A program made the position numbers and the translations under genes. The notes beneath the pieces are model-generated. The model was not told where the DNA came from, made no database searches, and was given only the letters and a program-made list of their open reading frames with translations. A stretch of DNA of 64,000 nt from an uncultured Chthoniobacterales bacterium. GTDB lineage: Bacteria; Verrucomicrobiota; Verrucomicrobiia; Chthoniobacterales; CALDSX01. Location of the stretch: assembly GCA_964652295.1 (NCBI GenBank), contig CAZZCL010000001.1, positions 14,759 through 78,758 of the forward strand. Direction: 5' to 3'. Each line of letters starts with the position of its first letter. The first letter of the stretch is position 1. Shown here piece by piece: positions 50,549 to 60,258 of the stretch.

Positions 50549-52440
50549 GGGCCGCCAGCCACAGGGGCATTGGCCTCGGAGTTTGCTGTCTCATGCCATT
50601 GGGTCAGCGCGCGCATGGCCCATAAAAACTGACCGTGATTTGCCCGACCCAGACGGTGTTCTTCCCAGCGTTGGCGAGCCCAGCCCGCGTCCATGCCACA
50701 TGGAAGACTTTCCGGCGGGCGAAATGATTCGTCGCAGACCCATGAGGCAACGGGCACGCTGAACCCCTGCTTTGGGCGGGAGATAATGTGGGGGGGCAAG
50801 ATGCCGCGCAGGGTTTCCTTGAGAAGAAATTTTTTCGTTCGCCCGCACAATTTCAGCCGTGCAGGCAGTCGCCGCACGAAGTCGCACAGATCGATATCGA
50901 GAAAAGGTGCGCGCACTTCCAGCGAGTTGAGCATGCTGGCGCGGTCGACCTTGGCGAGCACACTATCCTGCAGATAGACGCGCGTGAAAAATTGTAGGGC
51001 ACAATCGACGGCATCGGCCTGCGATTCGGCGGCCTGCCATGCGTCGATGGCTTCGCTGTACAGCGCACCGGGCGCGATATCCACCTCGAACAATCGAGCC
51101 GTCTCGTTTGCGTTCAACGGCCCCAACCAGGCAGGCAGCCATGCCTCGGGCGGATGATCCAGACCGCGGAGCCAGCGATTGATTTTCAGGTCCAGACTTA
51201 AGTACCCTCGACCGACCGGCAGCGCGCTTGCTGCTTTCTTCACAAGGGCATGCAATCGGTTTGGAACGAACCGCGCGTACAAGGCTGCCGGCGCAAGAGC
51301 AAGAAACGGAGCATACCCCGCGAACATCTCGTCGCCTCCGTCTCCACCGAGTGCCACTGTGGCGCGTTCACGCGCAAACTGACATAAAAGAAATGTCGGC
51401 AACAGCGAGGCGTCGCCGTTGGGTTCGTCCATGCGCGAGAAAAGCCCGGGCAGGATGTTGCGCGCTCGATCCGGCTCAAGGATACGTTCGGCGTGTTCGG
51501 TGCCCAACCGCTGTGCCATCAGCCGTGCGTGACCCGACTCGTCGTAGGTGGCGTCCGAATACCCCACACAGAACGTCTTCAATCCCTGCGTCTCGCGTGC
51601 GGCCAGCGCCGCCACGGCGGAGCTGTCGATGCCGCCACTCAGGAACACCCCTAGCGGTACTTCCGACATCAGGCGCCGCCGGACCGCCGCATCCATCAGC
51701 AGCAACAGGCGTTCCTCCAGCTCATGCATCGGCGGGAGCACGCCGGGCTCGGGCTCGAGGATCAGCTCCCAGTACCGCTCAAACCTGAGCCCTCCACTGG
51801 CGCAATCGAAAATCAGATTGCAGCCTCCGGGCAGCTTGCGCACCCCGCGAAGGATGCTGTGCGGTGTGGGTACGAAATTGAACGCAAAAAACTTTTGGAC
51901 CGCCCCCGGATCAAGGTCGTGCGGCACATCCGGATGCCGGGTGAGCGAGCGTAGCTCAGAAGAAAACACGAACGTGGAGGCAGAGGGGTGTCCCGTTCCA
52001 TGCCAATAATAGAAGGGTTTCTTGCCAAATCGGTCACGGCTGCAAAAAAGTCTGCCATTTGCGCGGTCATAGATTGCAAAGGCCCACATGCCGTTGAGCC
52101 GACGTGGCAGCGCATCACCCCACATTCTGTAGCCGTGGAGCAACACCTCGGTATCGGACCGATCCGTAATGAAACGAGCGCCGTTGGCCTCAAGGTCCCG
52201 GCGGAGTTCTCTGTGATTGTAGATTTCGCCGTTGAACACCACGCCCAGCTGGCCGTCGGAGGTCCACATCGGCTGGGTGCCACCCTCCAGATCGACAATG
52301 CTTAAACGGCGATGGCCCAGAGACATCCTGTCGTCCTGCCATGTGCCGCGGCCATCGGGCCCACGATGAGCGAGTGCGTCGGTCATGGCGTCCAGCGCAG
52401 CGGAGTCCGGACGACCCGCAAACCCGGCGATCCCGCACAT
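50545..52440 (-). CDS. asnB: Asparagine synthase (glutamine-hydrolysing), AsnB family
   Basis: N-terminal nucleophile MCGIAGF, plus HRGPD, NGEIYNH, and the PP-loop LSGGIDSS. 631 aa. Confidence 0.9.
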   Translation of the reverse strand: MCGIAGFAGRPDSAALDAMTDALAHRGPDGRGTWQDDRMSLGHRRLSIVDLEGGTQPMWTSDGQLGVVFNGEIYNHRELRRDLEANGARFITDRSDTEVLLHGYRMWGDALPRRLNGMWAFAIYDRANGRLFCSRDRFGKKPFYYWHGTGHPSASTFVFSSELRSLTRHPDVPHDLDPGAVQKFFAFNFVPTPHSILRGVRKLPGGCNLIFDCASGGLRFERYWELILEPEPGVLPPMHELEERLLLLMDAAVRRRLMSEVPLGVFLSGGIDSSAVAALAARETQGLKTFCVGYSDATYDESGHARLMAQRLGTEHAERILEPDRARNILPGLFSRMDEPNGDASLLPTFLLCQFARERATVALGGDGGDEMFAGYAPFLALAPAALYARFVPNRLHALVKKAASALPVGRGYLSLDLKINRWLRGLDHPPEAWLPAWLGPLNANETARLFEVDIAPGALYSEAIDAWQAAESQADAVDCALQFFTRVYLQDSVLAKVDRASMLNSLEVRAPFLDIDLCDFVRRLPARLKLCGRTKKFLLKETLRGILPPHIISRPKQGFSVPVASWVCDESFRPPESLPCGMDAGWARQRWEEHRLGRANHGQFLWAMRALTQWHETANSEANAPVAGGP

Positions 52441-52444
52441 TGGC

Positions 52445-53413
52445 TCAGAGGACGCCGTTGCGCGCCGGTGGCAGGTTCAGAGTTTCGCGGACCAGATAAG
52501 TCGGTTTGCCCTGGGCTTCGTAAAACGTTCGCATGATCAATTCTGCGAGAAGCCCCATCAGCACGCACATTACCGCAAGCATGCCGGTTGTTACGACGAG
52601 CAATGGGAGCGGCGTTTCGATGAACGGAACGCGGGCCAACACTTTCAACCAGATTGCGTACAGTGTGCACAGGAAGCTTATCCCGAAAAATGTGAGCCCC
52701 ACGCCGCCGAATACGTACATCGGTTTCTGTGCGTGCCGGTCCAGAAACTTCACCACAAGCAGGTCCAGCAGCACTTTTAACACGCGTTCCAAGCCGTATT
52801 TCGACTTGCCATGGCGCCTCGGCCGGTGACTGACAACCACCTCCGAGATGCGTGCTCCATGCCAGCTTGCGTATATCGGCAGAAACCGGTGCATTTCCCC
52901 GTACAAACGCACACCGGTGATGATGTCTTTACGGTAGGCCTTCAGCGAACAGCCGAAATCATGAAGGCGCACGCCCGACACCGCGGAAATGAGTCGGTTG
53001 GCCATAATGCTCGGCAGATTGCGGCTGACGAAATCGTCCTGCCGATCCTTGCGCCAGCCAGACACTACGTCGAAGCCCTTTTCAATTTGCGCAAGCAGCA
53101 ATGGGATGTCAGCCGGATCGTTCTGAAGATCGCCGTCCATGGGGACGATAACATCTCCACGTGCATGGTCGAAACCAGCCATCATCGCAGCAGTTTGCCC
53201 ACTGTTCCGGCGGAAGAAAACCACTTTAACGCGCTCATCGCCCGCAGCCAGTTTTCGCAGCACCACATCGCCCCCGTCGGTGCTGCCGTCGTCGACAAGA
53301 ATCAGTTCCCAATGGTACCCCTCCACATCGAGCGCCGCGCGCACCTGCTCGTATAATGTCGGCAGGTTTTCCACTTCATTATGGATCGGGATGGTGACGG
53401 ACAGATTCGCCAT
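52445..53413 (-). CDS. Family-2 glycosyltransferase, polyprenyl-phosphate sugar transferase type (GtrB/ArnC/DPM1-like) with two C-terminal TM helices
   Basis: LSVTIPIHNEVENL, ELILVDDGSTDG, and MDGDLQNDP (the DxD motif). C-terminal hydrophobic pair. Lies 4 nt upstream of asnB. Confidence 0.88.
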   Translation of the reverse strand: MANLSVTIPIHNEVENLPTLYEQVRAALDVEGYHWELILVDDGSTDGGDVVLRKLAAGDERVKVVFFRRNSGQTAAMMAGFDHARGDVIVPMDGDLQNDPADIPLLLAQIEKGFDVVSGWRKDRQDDFVSRNLPSIMANRLISAVSGVRLHDFGCSLKAYRKDIITGVRLYGEMHRFLPIYASWHGARISEVVVSHRPRRHGKSKYGLERVLKVLLDLLVVKFLDRHAQKPMYVFGGVGLTFFGISFLCTLYAIWLKVLARVPFIETPLPLLVVTTGMLAVMCVLMGLLAELIMRTFYEAQGKPTYLVRETLNLPPARNGVL

Positions 53414-53446
53414 GAAGAGGTCATGTTCCGGTGTAGGCGCGGGGAG

Positions 53447-54420
53447 TCAAGCCCGGTCTGCTTTAGAGGCCGCCGGCAGCGAGGCGTTTGGGGATTCCAT
53501 ACTAGCTTCGGATGCAAGCGAAGCCCCCAGCTGATTCCGAATCCAGATCGTCCGTTCGAATACCGATGTCATGTCACACAATGGGGTCCGCTGCGTCGCA
53601 TCGAGTGGCTCGCTCCGCTCCTGCAATCCCGCACGCGCGGCTCGCATCATCTCTCCGCGGTCTCCGGTCATCCCGACCAGGATCTCGATGCCGAGCAAAC
53701 CGCGGGAGGCCATGGCGTCGATCGCAACAAGAGACCCGCCGTCCAGACTTTCCACCAACTGGCTCTGGAGTTCCTCCATCGCCGAAGAGAGGCTAGAGGC
53801 TCGCTCTCCCGACACCAGGTGCCATGTGCTGTGCTCCAACGCTTCGAGATGGCTCTGACGCCGCTCCAATTTTAGGACGCGCTCGGCGGCGTCTACCGTG
53901 GCGCCCGCTTCCAGAATATCTGTCAGACATGTTCGGATCTCGCGGGCAAGACGCCCCAGCGACAGATGCGTCGTAGCGGGATCGGGGTTCGTGCCCACCA
54001 GCGCGCCTTGACGCGAGCCATGCAGAAGATGCGGGATTAACCCCAGCAGCCGTTGCTGCTGCTGCTCCAAAAAATCCAGCGCGGTGGCAGGATCCTCGAG
54101 AATCTCGTCCAGCAGGTATTGAGGGCGGCGATGTCGTCCGCTGCCACAAAAACCAGAAGGGTTGCCCCGATGTTCGCCCATCCCGCGACCGGCAGGGGCC
54201 GCGCCAGTTTGATGAGCCCCCCCGGTACGAATCCCGACATAATCAACGCCACAGCGTTGGCGCTCTGCGTGATCGCCCCAAAGACGAATTCCGCCAGCGC
54301 ACTTAGACCCGGGATCCTCATCCATTTCGCCAGCACCCTGCGGAACTTCCGTTGTGCCATCTGCTGGAGATGGGTTTTTAATCCACGCAACCCTATGAAA
54401 AAAAGCCCAGTCCCGCGCAC
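53447..54420 (-). pseudogene. Degraded Na+/Pi-cotransporter (NaPi-II + PhoU-like tail) gene: internal deletion plus frameshift
   Basis: ORF 54037..54420 reads GLFFIGLRGLKTHLQQMAQRKFRRVLAKW...FVFGAITQSANAVALIMSGF...GWANIGAT. This parallels the first NaPi repeat (G.FLFGM..M..GL....G...R..L, then ..QSSSAT....G., then GANIGTT) but with the QSSSAT motif degraded. A different frame (53447..~54130) carries a PhoU-like helical C-terminal domain. Total length is about half of an intact family member. Confidence 0.5.
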
Positions 54421-54827
54421 AGCAAGGCAAGGGTTTCCACTGCCGACGGCACAAGCACCGCACGTGATCAGAACGCTATCCCTCGCGCAAACCGAATCCG
54501 GCCATCCTCAGCGCTCTGCACAAGGTGAAATGGGTGGCGGAGGCTTCGGGGCGTTCCCCAGCTCTGATGCCGCCTTCACGGGCGCACTGAAAGTTGTTGG
54601 ATGACCCCGTTGGCTCCTTTTCCGAAGGGTTCAGCGGTTTGTCCTTGCCCAAGCTGCAGATGGACGATTGCGTTGCGTAAATCACACCCCGGCGGATTTC
54701 CTGTCATCGAACTTTGCACTTGAAACACGGGGCTCTCGCCGCAAAGCATCTAATCCACCGCATCTTCCGGTCCGAACCGTTTTTTTTCAGTTCTCTCAGC
54801 TCAACACCTTTTTCATCATCCATTCCA

Positions 54828-55439
54828 ATGCCCGAAATCGATTCCAAACTCGTTAAACAACTCCGCGACCGGACCAATGCCGGCATGATGGATTGCAAGA
54901 AAGCGCTCGAAGAAGCCGGGGGCGATCTTGAGCAAGCCGTCATGGTCCTGCGCAAAAAGGGCATTGCCGGCGCGGCCAAAAAGGCCTCCCGGTCCGCGAA
55001 AGAAGGCCTCATCGCGAGCTATATCCACATGGACAAGGTCGGCGTGATGATCGAAGTCAACTGTGAGACGGATTTCGTTGCCAAAAACGAGGCATTTCGC
55101 GATTTTGTGAAAGATGTGCTGCTGCACATCGCGGCGGCTCAACCGTTGTATGTGTCCCGTGAAGAAGTTCCGCAGGCCGCTGTGGACGCCGAGAAAGAGG
55201 TTGCTGCCAGCCAGATCAAGGGTAAAAAGCCTGGTAATATTGTCGATCAGATTGTCAGCGGCAAGGTTGATAAATTCTACAGCACGGTGTGTCTGCTTGA
55301 TCAGCCTTTCATCAAGGATGGAGATCAAACCATCGGCGACTTGGTGAAGGCGAAGATTGCCGAGATCGGCGAGAATATTGTGATCCGCCGTTTTGCACGA
55401 TTTGCAGTAGGCGAAGGCATCGAGGAACCCGCCGAGTAA
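54828..55439 (+). CDS. tsf: Elongation factor Ts (short ~200-aa form)
   Basis: ATG 54828 inside ORF 54714..55439 gives MPEIDSKLVKQLRDRTNAGMMDCKKALEEAGGDLEQAVMVLRKKG.A.A.KKA.R.A.EG. Reads also EVNCETDFVAKNE.F. Confidence 0.95.
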   Translation: MPEIDSKLVKQLRDRTNAGMMDCKKALEEAGGDLEQAVMVLRKKGIAGAAKKASRSAKEGLIASYIHMDKVGVMIEVNCETDFVAKNEAFRDFVKDVLLHIAAAQPLYVSREEVPQAAVDAEKEVAASQIKGKKPGNIVDQIVSGKVDKFYSTVCLLDQPFIKDGDQTIGDLVKAKIAEIGENIVIRRFARFAVGEGIEEPAE

Positions 55440-55524
55440 GGGCGCTGCTCCGTCTTGGTGGAGGTCGCGCTACGGGATGTTTGTCGGCATGACGCACGGC
55501 CCAATGCACGATGTTGAAAGTTCG

Positions 55525-56553
55525 TCAGCGCGGCATGCGTCTCCAGAATTCCGCGTCGCGAAAGGTGCCACCGTTGGAGAGGCGCACGATGATTGTGCGT
55601 GTGGATGGAAGGATATAAAGCCGCTGGCCGCGTGAGCCGAGCAGGACGATCAGATCCGGCGGCCCGCTCGACGCCAGACACACGCGAGTCCATTCCCGCG
55701 CGCCAGCGGGCCACCGTAAGAGCGCTTCTTCAATGTCGGGTTCCCATGCGCGAGGCCGCCCCGAAAACGGGTTGAGCCAAAAAGTGAGTCCATAGGAGGG
55801 GTTTGGATCTGATCCCTTGAAGAGTTCGCCTGCTTCCGGATCCCGCGCATGTGCAAGTACCGCGCTTCCGAGCCGGAGCAGGTTGGGTGCTGTCGCACGG
55901 ATTCCAGACGAATACATGAGGCCACCGGTGCGGTCGCGTTTCATGGTTCGCAACTTGATGCCATTCGGCTTAAGGATTCGCTTTTCGAGATAATTTTCGG
56001 GGCTTTGACGCTGTGCGGCCAGCAGCCGCCGTATAAGTTCGCCGAACGCCTCCATGGATGCGGCCCCGTAATTGAACGCGTTTCCAGGCGAAAACTTGAG
56101 CGGTTGACTCAGTGCGTCCGCTGCATAACTGGAATCGTCGCCGTAAATTGCTGCGGCGCCAGAAGGCAATCCGGCTGTCATGGACAGAAGCTGGCGTATC
56201 GTGATGCGTTCCCGATCAGATCCGCGCCATTCGATCAGCGTGTCTGCGGCGCGCTCATCGAAGGCAAGCAGGCCGTCGCGCTGCATGGCAAACGCTGCAA
56301 GCGCCCACAGGCTTTTGGTGAGACTGTAAATGCGGTGATCGGTATGCGGGGAGCAACCGGCGCCATAATCTTCCACGAGCAGTTTGCCCTTTTGTTCGAT
56401 GAGCAGACACAACCCGCCTGTGGCCGCCGCGTAGGCGCGTGCGGCGTCAAAGGCTTTGGCACTGACAGGAACGCTGCCGAGAAGCGGCAGCGCAAGCATG
56501 AAGAACCTGGGAGCGAGGGAACGCATGGAATGGGAACGCCCCGATCTTACCAA
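55525..56553 (-). CDS. Serine hydrolase, beta-lactamase/transpeptidase-like (class C-type fold)
   Basis: Signal peptide LAPRFFMLALPLLGSVPVSA. SxxK motif in RIYSLTKSLWALAAF. 342 aa. Confidence 0.8.
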   Translation of the reverse strand: MVRSGRSHSMRSLAPRFFMLALPLLGSVPVSAKAFDAARAYAAATGGLCLLIEQKGKLLVEDYGAGCSPHTDHRIYSLTKSLWALAAFAMQRDGLLAFDERAADTLIEWRGSDRERITIRQLLSMTAGLPSGAAAIYGDDSSYAADALSQPLKFSPGNAFNYGAASMEAFGELIRRLLAAQRQSPENYLEKRILKPNGIKLRTMKRDRTGGLMYSSGIRATAPNLLRLGSAVLAHARDPEAGELFKGSDPNPSYGLTFWLNPFSGRPRAWEPDIEEALLRWPAGAREWTRVCLASSGPPDLIVLLGSRGQRLYILPSTRTIIVRLSNGGTFRDAEFWRRMPR

Positions 56554-56590
56554 TCCCCGGCCGCGCGGGCAACCCGACTACCCGCCGCGG

Positions 56591-57367
56591 CTAGTCGAAG
56601 CGAACGTTGTCAACCCGTTGCACATCCTTCCTGCCGAGTCCTGCGGTCCGAGACACAATGCCGTAGTAAAGAAAACCTCCGGAAGGCACAGGTAATGTGA
56701 CCTGGTTCAGTTCCCAATCCGGGGCTGCAGAATTGAATGACGCACCGTTCACAAGCACCGTGTGGGCAATGACGGTGGGACCGCCAGTGCGTGGTCCGCC
56801 AGTATCGAACAAGTTAAGATTGAACTCCTCGTTGACCCCGTAGAAATAGACTTCCAGTGTTTTTCCTGCACTGTTCACGACATCGAATCTGAGTGTGACA
56901 TCGCCTTGCGTCTGAAAGTTATCTCTTAGAATCTGGGCCATGTTGTCGGCACCGGCAATGTCGGCGTAGGCGAAGCGAGTTTCCGTATCCGGGTTCCAGC
57001 GTGAGCCGGCGCCGCGCACAACCCATCCTGCGCCAGTGTGCTTGTTTTGAAGAATCCAACCGTTTCCGATTATGAAGTCGGCGTCGAACGTGCCGTCCAC
57101 AATGGCAAAGGCGCCCGGGCAGACGCTTCCAGAACGAGGTAGGATCACGGCAATGTGGGCAAAAGTCCGGTCGTTTGCCGCGGCATCAATCCGAAACCTG
57201 GCGCGACCAGGGGCAGATGTTGTAGCGAGCGAGGCACCGCGCCCCATCGTCGTTGTGCCAGTCCACAAGCCAAAATCTGCGCTTGTCTCGAAAGAAAATC
57301 GAGAAGGAGAAACCGTATCCGGCAGAACATCGAGAGAGACCTCGAGTGTGCCAGCGCCCGCACGCAC
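56591..57367 (-). CDS. Hypothetical beta-rich protein (possible fragment; GTG start, no signal peptide visible)
   Basis: 258-aa ORF with Gly/Thr/Asn-rich beta-sandwich-like composition, ending VQRVDNVRFD. No family recognised. The reading frame stays open upstream of the annotated start. Confidence 0.45.
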   Translation of the reverse strand: MRAGAGTLEVSLDVLPDTVSPSRFSFETSADFGLWTGTTTMGRGASLATTSAPGRARFRIDAAANDRTFAHIAVILPRSGSVCPGAFAIVDGTFDADFIIGNGWILQNKHTGAGWVVRGAGSRWNPDTETRFAYADIAGADNMAQILRDNFQTQGDVTLRFDVVNSAGKTLEVYFYGVNEEFNLNLFDTGGPRTGGPTVIAHTVLVNGASFNSAAPDWELNQVTLPVPSGGFLYYGIVSRTAGLGRKDVQRVDNVRFD

Positions 57368-57870
57368 AGCCGCGGCGCAACTCGGTTACCGAGCGAATTC
57401 ACCGGCTGCGTTGCTCGCCTTGCAACGACATCGGCCTGCTGCCGGAATCGCCAACATTGATGTGACCGGCATCGGTGTGAATGCCGGTACGTAACATTTG
57501 TGGAAATCGTTCGCCGCCCATTGCGAGACGCTCGGCATCAAGGCACATGCGGATTCGACGAGTCAGAATTGTTGCAGGCGAATTGGCGCGCATTTGCGGT
57601 GGTAAAGAATACCCGTGTGATGCCTGGCTTGACATTCAACCTCGTGCGGCAAAGCGCGTTTGAGTTTTTTCTCTCCACCCTGCGGGGTGCGTTCGCCGCG
57701 GGGCATCGTAGGATCGCCGTTATTCTGAGCCCATCCGGCTTGCCCCACGACGATCTCGCGCGGCTTGGGGCGCTCCTTGCATTTCGTGAACGCGAAAAGC
57801 CGACGGGCGCAGTCCTTGAATACTTTGAGCCCCGCAGTGTTACTGGTCAGGTGCCGTGGTGATACGCTGC

Positions 57871-58818
57871 TCACCGTTCAGTAAGACACGAGGCAGCGGG
57901 TGGCTGCTTGCGCTGGCTGGCGAGTGCGCGCCGCGGGCTTTCTCCGTAGGCGGCTGTGAAACTTTTATAGAATTGTGCATAGCTCCCGAAGCCGGCGGCG
58001 AAAGCGGCCTCAAGCATGGTGGGCCGCACCGGCCTGCGTGCCTCTTCCCAGAATCGGCTTAGCCGCAGGGAATTCCTGTATCGAGTCAGCGGGATGCCGA
58101 CCTGCGACGCGAACAAGCGTGACAAGCGCGCCGGGCTGAGGCCGCATTTCCTGCCAAGGGATTGCAGACCGCAATCGGAGGACGAATTCTCCAGCAGTGA
58201 TAGTGCGCGTTCGACTGCGGGATGCAGGGCGACAGCGGGCGTGCCGACGCGTGCTCCGAGCTGATGAGCCCAGCAGAGCAGGAGGAGATGATGCAGGCCG
58301 GCGTTGAGAGCGTCCGGATCGTTATGGCGATAACGAAAATCAGAGCCGTCGCCGTAACCTGCCTCACGATTCAGCAGATCGGGATCGAGCGAACCCAGCA
58401 TGACCCGCTCCATCAGGCTTTTAAGAAACTGAAAATCCTCAAAGTTCAGTTGTGTACAAAGGACTCCCGGCTTTGTGGGGCGCCGACGTTTCAATTCGCG
58501 GTACTGTGACGATCGACAGAATTGCTGGATAAGTCCCGGTTTGAACACGGCCACGTAGTACGCCGCGTCGTCGGACCGGTCGACAAGGCGGTGCTCCTGC
58601 GCGGGAAACATCCAAAGTAATGTTCGCGCGGGGAACCGGAACCGTCCCTCACCGGTGACATAGGTCACATTTCCTTTGGACACGACATTGAGCTCAAGTT
58701 CGTCGTGGCGATGGCTGCGCAGACTCGGAGGATTCCTGACATTCTCCGCGAGGAAAAGAAAGCCGTCGTACTCTTTATCCAGCTTGAGATCGACCTGCAT
58801 GCGACAAAAAACGAACAC
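57871..58818 (-). CDS. AraC-family transcriptional regulator (cupin-like sensor + HTH)
   Basis: N-terminal HRHDELELNVV...FPAQEHRL (cupin). C-terminal double HTH L..L.R.CGLSPARLSRLFASQVGIPLTRYRNSLRLSRF, then AAFAAGFGSYAQFYKSFTAAYG.SP. Confidence 0.88.
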   Translation of the reverse strand: MFVFCRMQVDLKLDKEYDGFLFLAENVRNPPSLRSHRHDELELNVVSKGNVTYVTGEGRFRFPARTLLWMFPAQEHRLVDRSDDAAYYVAVFKPGLIQQFCRSSQYRELKRRRPTKPGVLCTQLNFEDFQFLKSLMERVMLGSLDPDLLNREAGYGDGSDFRYRHNDPDALNAGLHHLLLLCWAHQLGARVGTPAVALHPAVERALSLLENSSSDCGLQSLGRKCGLSPARLSRLFASQVGIPLTRYRNSLRLSRFWEEARRPVRPTMLEAAFAAGFGSYAQFYKSFTAAYGESPRRALASQRKQPPAASCLTER

Positions 58819-58869
58819 TTTTTGGCATTCTGCGAAAGGATTATTCTTCGGTTCGATACATATTAAATT

Positions 58870-60198
58870 ATGACCGAGCTGTCCCCCGCCCAGCCGACCC
58901 TAACCCCAGCTTCCTCCCCCGTGTCTCCTTCGGCTCTGGCGTCATCCAAACGGCGCGTCCGCGATGCGATCGAACACCGCACGCCAGACCGGGTGCCGAT
59001 GGATTTTGGCGGGTCGTTCATTACGGGCATGCATTGCAGCGTGGTTGAAGGGTTGCGCCATCATTACGGGCTGAGTGGTCGTCCTGTGAAGATCTGCGAT
59101 CCCTACCAGATGCTGGGTTGGATTGAGGACGATCTCGCGGACGCTCTTGGCATCGATACCATACAACTTCTGCCGTACCGCACCATTTTCGGCTTCCCCA
59201 ATCAGGGCTGGAAACCCTGGATGACTCCGTGGGGTCAGGAGGTGCTGGTTTCCTCGCATTTTGAAGTTGAGGAACGTGCCGAGGGGATCGCGATTTTTCC
59301 ACAGGGCGATCGTTCGGCGTCAGCCAGCGGTTTGATGCCGAGGACGGGCTTTTTCTTCGACACCATCGTCCGGCAGCCGGCGTTGGATGAAGACAATCTC
59401 GATGTGGAAGACAACCTCGAAGAATTCGCTGCGATGTCAGAGGATGAGGAAGCCTACTGGCGTCGGAGCGCAGGAGCACTCCGGGGGTCAGATCGCGCGG
59501 TGGTTGCCCATCTTAATGGCACCGGCCTCGGGGATATCGCACTCGTGCCTGCTCCGTTCCTCAAATCTCCGCGCGGGGTTCGGGATATCACGCAATGGTA
59601 CATGACGATCGCGTCCGACCCGGATTTTGTGATGGAACTGTTCGACCGACAGGTCGCGATCGCCCTCGGCAATCTCGAACGGCTCAACGCCGCCGTTGGG
59701 GATGCGATCGACGTGGTTGTTGTCTGCGGCACGGATTTTGGCACGCAGGAATCGACATTCTGTTCCGTGGAAACGTTCGAGCGGCTCTGGGCACCGCATT
59801 ACCGACGCCTGAACGATTGGATTCATGCAAACACATCCTGGAAGACCTTCAAACACTCGTGCGGCGCGGTGGAGCCGCTCGTGGAAAGCGTGATCGCGTG
59901 CGGATTCGACATTCTTAACCCTGTTCAGTGCTCGGCGCATGGGATGGCGCCCGAGGGGCTGAAAGCGCGTTACGGCCCCCGTCTCGCATTCTGGGGTGGG
60001 GGAGTGAACACGCAAAAAACCCTGCCTTTCGGAAGCCCCCGCGAGGTGCGCGAGGAAGTGCTGTCGCGCTGCCGGATTTTCTCGGTCAGTGGGGGATTCA
60101 TTTTTAATGCCATCCACAATGTGCAGGCCTTGAGTCCGATCAAGAACGTGGTCGCAATGATCGACGCCGTGCACGAGTTCAATGCTGCGGGCGGCTGA
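58870..60198 (+). CDS. Uroporphyrinogen-decarboxylase (URO-D)-fold family protein (MtaA/CmuA-like superfamily), function unknown
   Basis: 442 aa. Reads PDRVPMDFGG, DFGTQESTFCSVETFERLWAPHYRRLNDWIHANT.WKTFKHSCGAVEPLVESVIACGFDILNPVQ, and RLAFWGGGVNTQKTLPFGSPREVREEV. This pattern is typical of the URO-D TIM-barrel family. Confidence 0.65.
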   Translation: MTELSPAQPTLTPASSPVSPSALASSKRRVRDAIEHRTPDRVPMDFGGSFITGMHCSVVEGLRHHYGLSGRPVKICDPYQMLGWIEDDLADALGIDTIQLLPYRTIFGFPNQGWKPWMTPWGQEVLVSSHFEVEERAEGIAIFPQGDRSASASGLMPRTGFFFDTIVRQPALDEDNLDVEDNLEEFAAMSEDEEAYWRRSAGALRGSDRAVVAHLNGTGLGDIALVPAPFLKSPRGVRDITQWYMTIASDPDFVMELFDRQVAIALGNLERLNAAVGDAIDVVVVCGTDFGTQESTFCSVETFERLWAPHYRRLNDWIHANTSWKTFKHSCGAVEPLVESVIACGFDILNPVQCSAHGMAPEGLKARYGPRLAFWGGGVNTQKTLPFGSPREVREEVLSRCRIFSVSGGFIFNAIHNVQALSPIKNVVAMIDAVHEFNAAGG

Positions 60199-60258
60199 CT
60201 CCCATTGGCAAACACCGCCACGATCGTTTTCACTGCAAGCCGAACACAACACCCTTTG

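Noticed and set aside
57500-57862. 120-aa plus-strand ORF (and overlapping 103-aa minus ORF 57563..57874) between the hypothetical beta-rich gene and araC
   Set aside because: Neither has motifs, a ribosome-binding site context or convincing composition. They overlap each other, so I cannot support either as a gene. The interval may instead hold the missing 5' part or promoter of 56591..57367.
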